A stretch of 64,000 nt of DNA, taken from NCBI GenBank assembly GCA_963422755.1, contig OY730488.1; one strand, given 5' to 3'. Position 1 is the stretch's first letter, and each line of letters starts with the position of its first letter. The DNA comes from Dehalococcoidia bacterium (GTDB taxonomy: Bacteria; Chloroflexota; Dehalococcoidia; Bin125). The notes beneath the pieces are model-generated. The model did no database searches. It saw nothing but the letters and a program-made list of their open reading frames with translations, and had not been told where the DNA came from. A program made the translations under genes and the position numbers. Below are positions 30,864-40,842 of the stretch, piece after piece.

Positions 30864-32978
30864 ATGGCCAACGTTCCCGGCGCAGAGAACGGCGACGCCC
30901 CAGAAGCGGCCGACCCGTTTGCCGACAAGAGCTGGAGCCCCAGCGAAGTCGCCTACAACGGCAAGATCATCAACGTCCGCCTGGGCGAAGGCGCGGTCGA
31001 GCGCGAAGACCTCCCCGAGCAGATGTACAAGGACTACCTCGGCGGCTACGGGATCGGCGCGCGTCTGCTGTTCGACCGCATTCCCGCCGGCGCCGACCCG
31101 CTCGGCCCCGACAACGTGCTCGGCCTCTTGCCCGGTCTGCTGACCGGTACGCCGATCTTCGGCAACCGCTTCCAGGCGGTCTGCAAGTCGCCCTCGACCG
31201 GCGGCTGGGGCGACGCCAACTGCGGCGGTGACTTCGGCCCCTACCTGAAGTTCGCCGGCTGGGACGGCATCCTCTTCTACGGCCAAGCCGACAACCCCGT
31301 CTACATCCTGATCGACGGCGACGACGTCTCGATCGAGGACGCCTCGGAGTACTGGGGCATGGGCGCGATCGAGGTCGAGAACGCGTTCAAGGACAAGTAT
31401 GGCAAAAAGACCTCGGTGGCTGGCATCGGCCCGTCCGGCGAGAACCTCTCCTACCTGGCCGGCATCTGCAACGAGCACGGCCGCCTCGCCGCCCGCTCGG
31501 GCGTTGGCGCGGTGATGGGCTCCAAGAAGATCAAGGCCGTGGTCGTCAAGGCCGGCGGCACGCCGCGCGAGAACATGCTCTCAGGCGACGGCGACATCCG
31601 TGCGCTGGCGCGCCAGTCGCGCGACGAATTCATCGCGCCCCTGCGCGACTTCTTCGCCGGCTTCGGCACGACCGGGATCAGCACCGGCTCCGCCCACAAC
31701 GGCGACTCACCCGTGCGCAACTGGGGCGGCGTCGGCGTCGATGTCTTCCCCGAGGTGGACGCGATGGGCGGGATGGTCTTTAACGCCACTCGCATGACCC
31801 ACGCCGAGTTGGAGATAGATCCAGCCACCGGCATGCCGCCGATCGACCCCAACCACTCGCCTGCGCCGCGCGCGGTCGACGTCAACGGCAAGGCCGTGCG
31901 GCACAAGAGCTACGGCTGCTGGCGCTGCCCGATGGCCTGTGGCGCTGAGTCGATCGAGTCGCCGGACGGTACGGTGGCGGCCGGACTGGTTGAAGCCGAG
32001 CACGAGAAGGGCTCGTTCAAGTACCCGGTCAATACCCACCGCGCCGAGTACGAGACGGTCGCCTCCTTCGGCACCATGAACCTCTCCTCGAACATCGACA
32101 TGATGCAGGCCGCCAACCACTGGTGTAACGAATACGGCCTCGACACCATCGGCGCCGGGACGACGATCTCGTTCGCGATCGAGTGCTTCGAGAACGGCCT
32201 GATCGACCTTGAGGACACCGGCGGCGTCGAGCTGACCTGGTCCAACGACGACGGCATCATGGAGATGCTGCACCTGATCGGCAAGCGCGAGGGCTTCGGC
32301 GACCTGCTGGCCGACGGGATGAAGGTCGCAGCCGAGAAGATCGACGCCCAGAACGGCGACAGCCGCGCGCAGGAGTTCCGCACCGACGTCGGTGGCCAGG
32401 AACTGCCGATGCACGACGCCAAGCTGCAGCCGGAGTACTGGACGACCTACAAGCTCGACCCGACCCCCGCGCGCCACACGCAGTACGAGGGCAACTCGCG
32501 CTACGGTGGTCCCGATTACCAGGCCGCGCCGCGCGACTTCAAGGACTACGCCAACCGCGGCGAGCACCACAAGGGCGCGTCGGAGTACATGCACATCTCC
32601 AACTCGACCGGCATGTGCCAGTTCATCATGATGGCCGCACCGACCGACCGCTTCCCGCAGTGGATCAATGCCGCCACGGGCTGGAACCTCTCGGGCGACG
32701 ATCTGCAGCTCGCGGGCGAGCGGATCGCCAACCTGCGCATGGCCTTTTGCGTGCGCGAGGGCGACAACCCGCGTCAGCGCTTCGCGCCGGCCCGACTCTG
32801 GGGCGGCGAGGACACGGTCCAGCAGACTGGCCCCCTGGCCGGTGTCACCCTCGACATCGAGCTGCTCGAGACTGACTTCCTGCGCGCCTCCGGCTGGGAC
32901 ACCGAAACGTGCGCCCCCAGCCGCGAGAAGCTGGAATCGATCGGCCTGGCCGACGTCGCCGACGCGCTAGCTGTCTAG
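30864..32978 (+). CDS. aldehyde:ferredoxin oxidoreductase (tungsten/molybdopterin AOR family)
   Basis: The N-terminal AOR_N domain reads INVRLGEGAVEREDLPEQMYKDYLGGYGIGARLLF...GNRFQAVCKSPSTGGWGDANCGG, and the C-terminal domain matches the family. AGGAAG RBS lies 7 nt upstream of the ATG at 30864. 704 aa. Confidence 0.85.
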   Translation: MANVPGAENGDAPEAADPFADKSWSPSEVAYNGKIINVRLGEGAVEREDLPEQMYKDYLGGYGIGARLLFDRIPAGADPLGPDNVLGLLPGLLTGTPIFGNRFQAVCKSPSTGGWGDANCGGDFGPYLKFAGWDGILFYGQADNPVYILIDGDDVSIEDASEYWGMGAIEVENAFKDKYGKKTSVAGIGPSGENLSYLAGICNEHGRLAARSGVGAVMGSKKIKAVVVKAGGTPRENMLSGDGDIRALARQSRDEFIAPLRDFFAGFGTTGISTGSAHNGDSPVRNWGGVGVDVFPEVDAMGGMVFNATRMTHAELEIDPATGMPPIDPNHSPAPRAVDVNGKAVRHKSYGCWRCPMACGAESIESPDGTVAAGLVEAEHEKGSFKYPVNTHRAEYETVASFGTMNLSSNIDMMQAANHWCNEYGLDTIGAGTTISFAIECFENGLIDLEDTGGVELTWSNDDGIMEMLHLIGKREGFGDLLADGMKVAAEKIDAQNGDSRAQEFRTDVGGQELPMHDAKLQPEYWTTYKLDPTPARHTQYEGNSRYGGPDYQAAPRDFKDYANRGEHHKGASEYMHISNSTGMCQFIMMAAPTDRFPQWINAATGWNLSGDDLQLAGERIANLRMAFCVREGDNPRQRFAPARLWGGEDTVQQTGPLAGVTLDIELLETDFLRASGWDTETCAPSREKLESIGLADVADALAV

Positions 32979-33031
32979 ACCGTCAGCGAGCTCGGCGCTC
33001 GGAGAGTGCTGCGACACTCATGAGAACGCGA

Positions 33032-33057
33032 GGAGGGTAGACCGCGGTCTGCCCTCC
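33032..33057 (+). terminator. hairpin downstream of the AOR gene (terminator-like)
   Basis: GGAGGGTAGACC-gc-GGTCTGCCCTCC: a 12-bp stem with one mismatch, followed by TTGTGCGTT. Confidence 0.4.
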
Positions 33058-33059
33058 TT

Positions 33060-33596
33060 GTGCGTTCAGACCATATGCGTTCAGAAAGTGAAGCGATCGT
33101 GCGCGATCCGATCCACCGCCCCGGCAGCCTGGCATCGCGGCTGCTGATCATTCCGCTGGCCGCCATTGTCTTTGGCGCCGCACTCGGGGCCGGATTCCAA
33201 TGGGGCGGACCGACGCAGCAGGACGCCGTCCGCGTGTATGACACCACTCAGCGAACGCGGGTGGGCGGCGACGGCGGACCGATCGGAAACCTGACCGGGT
33301 TTGTAACCGAAACCTCAGGCGACACCTGGGTGGTCCGCGTCGGAGACGACCTACGGACGGTGCGCTTCGACCAGGATGCTGTCGTCGAGGCCTTGCTCCC
33401 AATCTGGACGGACGACGCGCAGCTGGGCGACTACATCGTCGTCGGTGGGACTGATGACAACGTCAACACGTTCATCACCACGGGCATTGTCGTCATCCCC
33501 GCAGCGCAGGCGCAAACCGGGCAGTCAGTCGTCGAAGCGATTCAACGCGACGCCACATCCAGCGCGACAGGGGCCAGTACGACAGGCGGCTCATAG
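33060..33596 (+). CDS. hypothetical exported or membrane-anchored protein
   Basis: N-terminal hydrophobic segment (LLIIPLAAIVFGAALGAGF) followed by a Gly/Thr/Val-rich beta-type domain. No recognizable family. Confidence 0.45.
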   Translation: MRSDHMRSESEAIVRDPIHRPGSLASRLLIIPLAAIVFGAALGAGFQWGGPTQQDAVRVYDTTQRTRVGGDGGPIGNLTGFVTETSGDTWVVRVGDDLRTVRFDQDAVVEALLPIWTDDAQLGDYIVVGGTDDNVNTFITTGIVVIPAAQAQTGQSVVEAIQRDATSSATGASTTGGS

Positions 33597-34111
33597 TGGC
33601 GCGGCTGCTGGGCTGGCTGGTCACGCTCGCAGCGCTAGCGGCGGCCGGTGTCGGCGGTTGGTTCGTTGGCGCGGACATCCTCGCGCCACAGCCCTCCGAG
33701 GCGGACACCGTGGTCGCCGAGAACATCCGCGCCGGACGCATCCAGGTCCAGGTCGATGGATCGGCCTACCCCAACGACGCGCTGATCCTCGGCGCCAGCG
33801 GACTGTCACCATTCGGTACATCCGAGGGACTGCAGGGACGCCAGGTGTTGAGCGGCCAGGTGATCTCAATCTCCGGCCCGAAGCTGATCCTGCAGACCCC
33901 GACTGGCCGCGCCGAGATTCGCCTGACCGAAGAGACGAGCTTTCTGCTGCAGATGGAGCGTGTCGACCCAGCATCGATCGGAGCCGGCGCCGCAGTGGCG
34001 ATCGTCCTGGCGGCCGATGGCGAGACCGCTATCTCCGCGCTGGCGCTGCCGGCCGAGTCCCGCCCCTCGCTGAACGCCCCTGACGGACCCGCCGTTCCCG
34101 GCGGCGGCTAA
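33596..34111 (+). CDS. hypothetical exported protein, neighbour with similar architecture
   Basis: The GTG start overlaps the preceding TAG by 1 nt. It has an N-terminal signal/anchor (LLGWLVTLAALAAAGVGGWFV), and its size and composition resemble the previous ORF. Confidence 0.45.
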   Translation: MARLLGWLVTLAALAAAGVGGWFVGADILAPQPSEADTVVAENIRAGRIQVQVDGSAYPNDALILGASGLSPFGTSEGLQGRQVLSGQVISISGPKLILQTPTGRAEIRLTEETSFLLQMERVDPASIGAGAAVAIVLAADGETAISALALPAESRPSLNAPDGPAVPGGG

Positions 34112-34115
34112 TCTC

Positions 34116-34619
34116 TCACGCCGTCCGACGCTGCAGCTCCGCGCGCGCGGCCTCGAGTAGCGAGTCTCGCTGCGCGATCTCACCTTCGATCACGATGTGC
34201 TCCTCATCGGTGCCATCGAGGTACCAACGCACATTGCCCATCGTCTCGACCCGTCGTACGCCGCGCAGATCGCTCCACGCGATGGTCAGCTGTTCCTGAC
34301 CGACATGTAGTGCTGTGATGCCGTCCTCGTGCACGAGAACGGCGGTGGTTTGTCGCTGCCAGGTGATGAACACGACCGGCAGCATCGCCGCGGTCACGAT
34401 CAGGAAAAAGATCGCCGCGCCGCCGGCCTCACCGCTGCCCGTCGCGAGCCAGACGACTGCCGCAATCAGAGCGGCGATCAGCGGGAACACAAATGTCGCG
34501 TTGTTGTACCACGAGGCTTGGTAGGTGTGCGCGCTGCGCACGTCACGGTAGCGCTGCAACGCCTCGGCATCTGCGCGGCGCAGTTCGTCCGCACCCGACG
34601 GGGCGTCGAGCGAACTCAC
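34116..34619 (-). CDS. hypothetical membrane protein
   Basis: 167 aa with two TM helices (FVFPLIAALIAAVVWLA / AIFFLIVTAAMLPVVFI) and a C-terminal soluble domain. Confidence 0.45.
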   Translation of the reverse strand: MSSLDAPSGADELRRADAEALQRYRDVRSAHTYQASWYNNATFVFPLIAALIAAVVWLATGSGEAGGAAIFFLIVTAAMLPVVFITWQRQTTAVLVHEDGITALHVGQEQLTIAWSDLRGVRRVETMGNVRWYLDGTDEEHIVIEGEIAQRDSLLEAARAELQRRTA

Positions 34620-34677
34620 AGCCGCGAGCCCGTCACGGCAGCCAGGTAAGCGGATAGGTGTGCGGTTCGGCGTATGA

Positions 34678-35160
34678 CTAGGCGTGCTCGAGGATCGCCG
34701 CGGCCGAGGTCAGCGCGCAGGTGCCCGGGTTCTCCTCGGTCTGGAAGGCCTGGACGACGCCGTCGTTGACCAGCATCGCGAAGCGGGTGCAGCGAAAGCC
34801 CAGCCCCAGCCCCGAGAGGTCGAGGCCGATATCCAGCGCACGGGTGATATCGCCCGAGCCATCAGCCAGCATCGTGATATGCCCAGCCCCATGCGCGGCG
34901 TTCCAGGCCTCGAGCACGAAGATGTCGTTGGTCGACATGCAGATCGTCTGCTCGATGCCGGCGGCGTTCAGCTGGTCAGCCGAGGTGGCGAAGGTGGGCA
35001 GGTGGTCGTTGGTGCAGGTCGGTGTGAACGCGCCGGGCACGCCGAAGATCACAGTCTTCTTGTCACCCACCAGCTCGCGCAGGTTGGCGGGGCCGGGTCG
35101 TCCACCCGACATCACGGTTCCCTGAGCGTCAGGCAGGGTGTCTCCAGTAGTCGGCGGCAT
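34678..35160 (-). CDS. peroxiredoxin (Prx5-like, AhpC/TSA family)
   Basis: KKTVIFGVPGAFTPTCTNDHLP carries the peroxidatic Cys motif PGAFTPTC. Start is at MPPTTGDTLPD. Confidence 0.8.
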   Translation of the reverse strand: MPPTTGDTLPDAQGTVMSGGRPGPANLRELVGDKKTVIFGVPGAFTPTCTNDHLPTFATSADQLNAAGIEQTICMSTNDIFVLEAWNAAHGAGHITMLADGSGDITRALDIGLDLSGLGLGFRCTRFAMLVNDGVVQAFQTEENPGTCALTSAAAILEHA

Positions 35161-35340
35161 GGCGGCGCTCCTTGTATCTTCCTTGTGTCTCATGTGAGCG
35201 AGGCAAACAAATGCTGTCGCACAGCTTAGCCCACCGAGTCTCAACCAGACGCGTCCATGGTATGAGTGACCAGAGACCTTGGCACCGGTTCCCAGCTAAC
35301 CGAAAATGAGCGCACGCCCCGCGAGGACGAAAGGGTTGAG

Positions 35341-36180
35341 ATGAAACGCACAAACCTATGGATAGGGGCTCTGGCTCTGCTCGCGATCATCGCCAGCGCC
35401 AGCTGGGCGACGGCGCACGTCCTCAGCGGTGACGCGGAAGTACGGGTCGCCGCGAGGCGACTTGCGGATGGCAAAACCGAGTTTGCGCTGCAGCAGCGCG
35501 TCGACGGGCAATGGAGCGAACGCATGCTGCCGAGCGCGCGCAAGCTGCCAGCGGAGCCCGCTGTTGGCAAATGGCTGCATTCATCCGCGCTGACGCTCGA
35601 AACCACCACCCAAGCAGAGACATCCGCGCTCATTGTCCGCAAAATAGGGCAGGACTACTACGACAGCGGACGGATTGCAACGAACATCAAACGCTGGAGT
35701 TACGGCAATGAAGGCGCATATCTCGAATCCTCGGTCAGCATCCGCGCTGATGGCGAACACGCCCTCGGAGTAACGCCGCTCGAGCTCCGCATCGAGTGCA
35801 ACGGCTCCACGGGCGGGCTTGAAATTGGCATCGTTGGTAACAAAAACGAACAGCTTCCACCAAGGATCGAAGATGGATCCGGAAGCTACTTCGTCTCGTA
35901 TCAATACCAATTCCCCGCTGATACGGGCAACCGTGGACTGACGACGATCAAGGACGCTCGATGGATGCTGATTCAATGGAGAGACCAAGAGAGCACAGAA
36001 AAAGTAGAACTGCGTACGATGGTAACTCTCATCTTCTACGAGAACCTCAAGGAAGCGGAGTCCCTGGAAATCACGGTTACGGGCGCTGGGAATAAAACCA
36101 AGACCTCCACGTTCAGCCTCGACGGCGCCTTCGAGACGCCGATCCAACCGAATCTCGACCGCTGCGGCCAGTACCACTAA
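35341..36180 (+). CDS. hypothetical secreted protein
   Basis: Signal peptide MKRTNLWIGALALLAIIASASWATAHV. No recognizable family. Confidence 0.5.
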   Translation: MKRTNLWIGALALLAIIASASWATAHVLSGDAEVRVAARRLADGKTEFALQQRVDGQWSERMLPSARKLPAEPAVGKWLHSSALTLETTTQAETSALIVRKIGQDYYDSGRIATNIKRWSYGNEGAYLESSVSIRADGEHALGVTPLELRIECNGSTGGLEIGIVGNKNEQLPPRIEDGSGSYFVSYQYQFPADTGNRGLTTIKDARWMLIQWRDQESTEKVELRTMVTLIFYENLKEAESLEITVTGAGNKTKTSTFSLDGAFETPIQPNLDRCGQYH

Positions 36181-36276
36181 CGGCGCGCCAGCCAACGCCG
36201 CGACGGCTCTGCTGCTCAGGGACTCCCACTCAGCGCACGCTCTAGACTGCGTCTACGCAGGATTTAGGGGTGCGGT

Positions 36277-37056
36277 ATGGCCATCGACCGACTGACTGAG
36301 CGCGTGGCGTTGATTACGGGGGCAGGGTCCGGGATTGGACGGGCCTCCGCCCTGCGCATGGCCTCGGAGGGCGCGGCCGTGATGTGCGCCGACCTCAACG
36401 CCGAGGGCGCGCAGACGACCGCCGCGCAGATCGCCGAACACGGTGGTCGCTCCGCCACAATGGAGCTCGACGTGACCTCCGAAGACGCCGTCCAGGACGC
36501 GCTCGCTCAGACGGTCGCGGTGCTCGGCGGGCTGGACGTGATCTTCAACAACGCCGGCATCGGCGGCGCGCAGTACTCCTGGGACCAAACCATCGACGTC
36601 AACTTGACCGGGGTCTACTACGGCACGTATCACGGCGCGGCGGCGCTGGCCGAGCGTGGCGGCGGATCGATCATCAACACCGCCTCGATCGCCGGACTCA
36701 ACGGACTGGTCAGCACCGCCTCGACGCGCGATCCACAGCTGCCGGTGGAACCCGGCGCGGGCGCGTACGTCGCCGCCAAGCACGGTGTCGTGGGGATCAC
36801 GCGGCAGTTCGCCGTCACCTACGGACCGCGCGGCGTGCGCGTCAACGCGATCTGCCCTGGCTACATCCATACGCCGATGACCGCCGGCATCCGTGAGATC
36901 GACGGCGCGGAAGAGTTCCTCGCCGGCCTCCATCCGATGGGTCGACTGGGGCAACCGGAGGAGATCGCCGCCGCCGCCGCTTTCCTGGCCTCCGACGATG
37001 CCAGCTTCGTCAACGGCGTCGCGCTACCGGTCGACGGCGGCTACACGGCTCGATAG
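36277..37056 (+). CDS. SDR-family oxidoreductase
   Basis: Contains TGAGSGIGRA (the TGxxxGIG dinucleotide-binding motif), NNAG, and the catalytic YVAAK (YxxxK). Confidence 0.85.
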   Translation: MAIDRLTERVALITGAGSGIGRASALRMASEGAAVMCADLNAEGAQTTAAQIAEHGGRSATMELDVTSEDAVQDALAQTVAVLGGLDVIFNNAGIGGAQYSWDQTIDVNLTGVYYGTYHGAAALAERGGGSIINTASIAGLNGLVSTASTRDPQLPVEPGAGAYVAAKHGVVGITRQFAVTYGPRGVRVNAICPGYIHTPMTAGIREIDGAEEFLAGLHPMGRLGQPEEIAAAAAFLASDDASFVNGVALPVDGGYTAR

Positions 37057-37082
37057 CCGACTTCGCTTGAGAGGAATCTGAG

Positions 37083-37904
37083 ATGGCCATCGCAAACGTC
37101 AGCGGCGTCGACCTCTACTACGAGGATGTCGGCATCGGGGCGCCGATCATCTTCCAGCACGGCTACACCGCCTCGCACGACGGCTGGGCGGGCGCGATCG
37201 AGCGACTCAGCGCGCAGTATCGCTGCATCGCGATGGATTGTCGCGGCGCGGGCGACTCTGCCCACCCTGATGACGGCTACACGATCGAGCAGCTCGCCGC
37301 AGATGTGGTTGGCATGGCGGACTATCTGGGGATCGAGCAGTTCCATTACGCCGGGCAGAGCATGGGCGGCGTCATCGGATTCGAGCTGGGGCTATCGTAC
37401 GCGGATCGGCTGCTGAGCTTGAGCATCTCCGCGCCCGCCCCGGCCGACGGCATCGCCTTCCCGCCTGAGGCGCGGGCGGAGATGCGCCGCCGCTGGGCGG
37501 AGCGTGAACGCGATCTGCTGATCCGCACCACGCTCGCCAGCGTCCCGCGCGAGTCGGCGCACGATGATGTACCCAACCAGGTTGACCGTCAGCTGTCCGT
37601 CTCGCTAGGGCACTACGACGGCTGCTGGGACGCGATGGCGCACTACCGCAAGGGAGACCGACTGGGGGAGATCCAGACGCCAACGCTGCTGCTCGCCGGC
37701 GCGGCGGACAGTCTCCTCACCAGCAACCTGAAGGACTTCGCGCGGCTGGGGAATGCAACGCTGCACGTCTTTAGCCGTGTCGGACACGGCGTCCCGCGCG
37801 AGGTGCCGTCCGCCTACGCCCGCGTTGTGGCCGACTTCCTCGAGCAAGGGGTGGTCAATGCCAAAACGATTGCCCACGCAGTCGCCACTGCGGCCGCCGA
37901 GTAG
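37083..37904 (+). CDS. alpha/beta hydrolase
   Basis: Has the HGYTASHDGW loop and the nucleophile elbow GQSMGG. Confidence 0.8.
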   Translation: MAIANVSGVDLYYEDVGIGAPIIFQHGYTASHDGWAGAIERLSAQYRCIAMDCRGAGDSAHPDDGYTIEQLAADVVGMADYLGIEQFHYAGQSMGGVIGFELGLSYADRLLSLSISAPAPADGIAFPPEARAEMRRRWAERERDLLIRTTLASVPRESAHDDVPNQVDRQLSVSLGHYDGCWDAMAHYRKGDRLGEIQTPTLLLAGAADSLLTSNLKDFARLGNATLHVFSRVGHGVPREVPSAYARVVADFLEQGVVNAKTIAHAVATAAAE

Positions 37905-37910
37905 CGACCA

Positions 37911-38860
37911 TCAGTCGAACGTAATCACGAAGCGGCCCCGGTGCCCGCCCTGCTTGAACAGTCGGTGCGTCTCTGAGGCTTGCCCAGCGGGGTAGGTGGA
38001 GTTGACGCGGAGCGTCAGCTGACCAGCCTCGACCTGCCTCCGGAGCGTGTCGAGCAGGTCGGCGCGGCGGTCGTAGCTGAAGACCATCGTCACGTGAAAG
38101 GTGATGCCGCGCTCGCCGTCCGCCGGCCCGCGCCAGCCGCGCACGCTGGCGTACTGTCCGCCGTCCCTGATCGCGCCCAGCGTCAGCTCATTTTGCACCG
38201 ACCCGTCGGCGAGCCCGTCGACCCCATCGGGGATCACCTGGCGGATCTGAGCGGCGATGTCGTCACCACGAGGCACGACGATATCGGCGCCCAGATCGCG
38301 CACCAGCTGCTCGTCCTGAGGCGCGGCGTCGGCGACCACGGTGAGACCCTCGGCCTTGCCCAGTTCAACCATGTAGCCGCCGTAGCAACCGGCCGCCCCG
38401 GTCACGGCGAGGGTCTGGCCAGGCTGGAGTCCCAGCTGGTCGAGCGACTGTCGCGCGGTGAGCCCGTTCATGGGCAGCGCAGACGCCTCAGCGTGGCTAG
38501 CGCCGCTGGGCGCGCGGCAGACTGCATCAGCCTGCAGCACAATGCTCTCGCGATAGGCGCCGTGCGAGCCGCGCGGGATCACCATCGCCATCACCGCGTC
38601 GCCTACAGCCAGGTCGGTCTCGGTCTCGGGTCCGATCTCGTCGATCAGTCCGGCGGCGTCCATACCTGGTATGTAGGGCGGTGGACCTTGCTTGTGTAGC
38701 GCCTCGGCGCGAGCACCGCCGCGCACGAAGGTGTCGGTGGGGTTGACCGCAGCCGCGTGCACGCGCAGCCGCACTTCGCCAGGTCCTGCATGGACTTCAG
38801 GCAAGTCCACAACCTGCAACGCATCCGGCCCGCCAAACTCGATCACGCCGACGCCTCGCA
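37911..38860 (-). CDS. NADPH:quinone oxidoreductase / zinc-type alcohol dehydrogenase (MDR family)
   Basis: From MRGVGVIEFGGPDALQVVDLPEVHAGPGEVRL, with a GAAGCYGG cofactor-binding motif. The 449-aa track ORF carries an implausible low-complexity N-terminal extension. Confidence 0.8.
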
Positions 38861-38992
38861 TGGAATGCTCCTTCGCTGTATGTCCGCTCCGAGCGCTCAC
38901 GCTAACGCAGCGGGCGGTTGCCATCACACCAGCCACTCGGCATACTCCCTTCAGTTGCTCGGTGTCTGGGCAAGTCTGGAAGAAGGTGTTGA

Positions 38993-40714
38993 ATGAACGA
39001 CAAGTATGACTGGCTACGCCTGCAGCGGCAGGGGCTGAGCCGCCGACAGCTGCTGCAGAGCAGCGCTCGCGCCGGTCTCGGGGCAGCGGGCCTGACCCTG
39101 GTCGGTTGCGGCGACGATGACGATGATGATCAGCCGCAAGCAGCCGCCCAGGCGCAGCAGCCAGCCACACAGCAGCAAGCAGGGCAACAGCCAGCACAAG
39201 AACAACCGCAGCAGGAGGGGCAACAGCCGCAGACGGTGACGACGCCCGCGGATGACGCACGGCGCGGCGGCGTGCTGCGGATCGGCTCCGATATCGGCCT
39301 CTCCACGTATCGCGCCCCGTACCTGTCGTCGTCGGCGCACATCCCGCTCTATATCCCCTTCTGGGACACGTTGACGAAATACTCGCCGAACGGGCTCGAC
39401 CCGCAGCCGCATCTGGCCGAGAGCTGGGAGTTCAACGACGACCAGTCGATGCTGCAAGTGAAACTACGCCCGGGTCTCGAATTTCACAACGGCAAACCGC
39501 TGAATGCAACTGAGGTCAAACGCAGCCTGGAGGCGATGGATGACGAAGGCGTCGCCAACAACCAGGTCAAGGGGATCATGACCAAGTACGTCGACTCGGT
39601 CGATGTGATCGACGAAGTGACGCTCCAGATCAATCTCGCCTGGGGTGGCAACCTGATCTTCGACGTGCTCAACTACGCTCAGATTCACGACGTCGACGAC
39701 ATTCCGAACCTGGAGGGCTACCTGTCGCTGAACGGTTCCGGCCCCTTCAAGCTCGACCCGTCCACCTATCAGGTCGACCAGTATGCATCGGGCGAGCGTT
39801 TTGAAAACTTCTATGAGCCCGCGCTGCTAGACGGGATCGAGCAGTACCAGTTCCCCGATGCGACGGCAATGTCGCTGGCGCTAGGGGCAGGAGAGATCGA
39901 CCTGACGAACCGCCTGCCCAAGCCTGACTACGAGCGGTTCAACTCTGACCCCGACTACACGGTTAGGGTCGCGCCGCCGACGCTGGCGATCTGGGTCTTG
40001 GGCATGGTGATTCCCAACGAAAATGGAGGTCACCCAGCCTTCGCCGACCCGAAGGTGCGGCAGGCGCTCTACCGCTGCATCGACCGGGAGCGCGTGGCCA
40101 ACGAAACGTTTGAGGGGCTGGCGCAACCCAAGAACATCCTCTGGCCTGCATTCTCGCCCGGCTATGATGCCGCCCGCGACCGCGACTACTACAACCCCGA
40201 AGAGGCGGCCCAACTCCTCGCCGAGGCCGGCTACGGTCCAGGCGAACTGACCATTGAACTTGGACATGCCGGGGGCGAGGCGAATGAAATCGCGCAGGTG
40301 ATCCAGGCCGGCGCCGCCGAAGCCGGAATCAACCTCGAGATCAAGCTGTACGAACCGGCGGTCGCCCGCGACCGCTTCCTGAACGCGAAGCACGAATCGT
40401 ACCTATCCTCATACGCGTTCTTCGCGCTCAACCCGCAGACCCTGCCGGTGATGAACTTCCAGATGCGCATCCCGAACTCCTGCGCCTACGGACCGGAACA
40501 TTACGCTGCGCTGATCGACGCATTCGGCACCGCGGACTCGGACGCGCGCCGCAACGAACTGCTGGAAGAGTTCAACACACTGCTCGACAACGAGCCGTGG
40601 ATCGCGCCGATCGTGACCCGCAGCGACATCTGGGCCTGGAGCAGTCAGTTCCGAGGGATCGAGTTCGACGTGCTCAGCATCCCCTCCATGCAGCGCATCG
40701 AGTATCTCGGCTAG
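38993..40714 (+). CDS. ABC transporter substrate-binding lipoprotein (family 5, peptide/nickel/opine type) with Tat signal
   Basis: Tat motif SRRQLLQSS, a lipobox LVGCG, a poly-Asp/Gln-rich linker, and an SBP_bac_5 body. Confidence 0.85.
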   Translation: MNDKYDWLRLQRQGLSRRQLLQSSARAGLGAAGLTLVGCGDDDDDDQPQAAAQAQQPATQQQAGQQPAQEQPQQEGQQPQTVTTPADDARRGGVLRIGSDIGLSTYRAPYLSSSAHIPLYIPFWDTLTKYSPNGLDPQPHLAESWEFNDDQSMLQVKLRPGLEFHNGKPLNATEVKRSLEAMDDEGVANNQVKGIMTKYVDSVDVIDEVTLQINLAWGGNLIFDVLNYAQIHDVDDIPNLEGYLSLNGSGPFKLDPSTYQVDQYASGERFENFYEPALLDGIEQYQFPDATAMSLALGAGEIDLTNRLPKPDYERFNSDPDYTVRVAPPTLAIWVLGMVIPNENGGHPAFADPKVRQALYRCIDRERVANETFEGLAQPKNILWPAFSPGYDAARDRDYYNPEEAAQLLAEAGYGPGELTIELGHAGGEANEIAQVIQAGAAEAGINLEIKLYEPAVARDRFLNAKHESYLSSYAFFALNPQTLPVMNFQMRIPNSCAYGPEHYAALIDAFGTADSDARRNELLEEFNTLLDNEPWIAPIVTRSDIWAWSSQFRGIEFDVLSIPSMQRIEYLG

Positions 40715-40842
40715 TCGAACGCGCGACCGCGCACCCGATGGCAGGTGCAATGCCGGCAGGAGAATGACGGGCTGAAATTGCAGGACGGTGCTGAGATCGG
40801 CATACTCTCCCTACTCGGCGGAGTAGAGCAGGAAGGTATCGC

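Noticed and set aside
37911-39260. 449-aa version of the quinone oxidoreductase
   Set aside because: The N-terminal 130 residues are Ala/Arg/Pro low-complexity and overlap the SBP gene start. The conserved MDR fold starts at MRGVGVIEF (38860).
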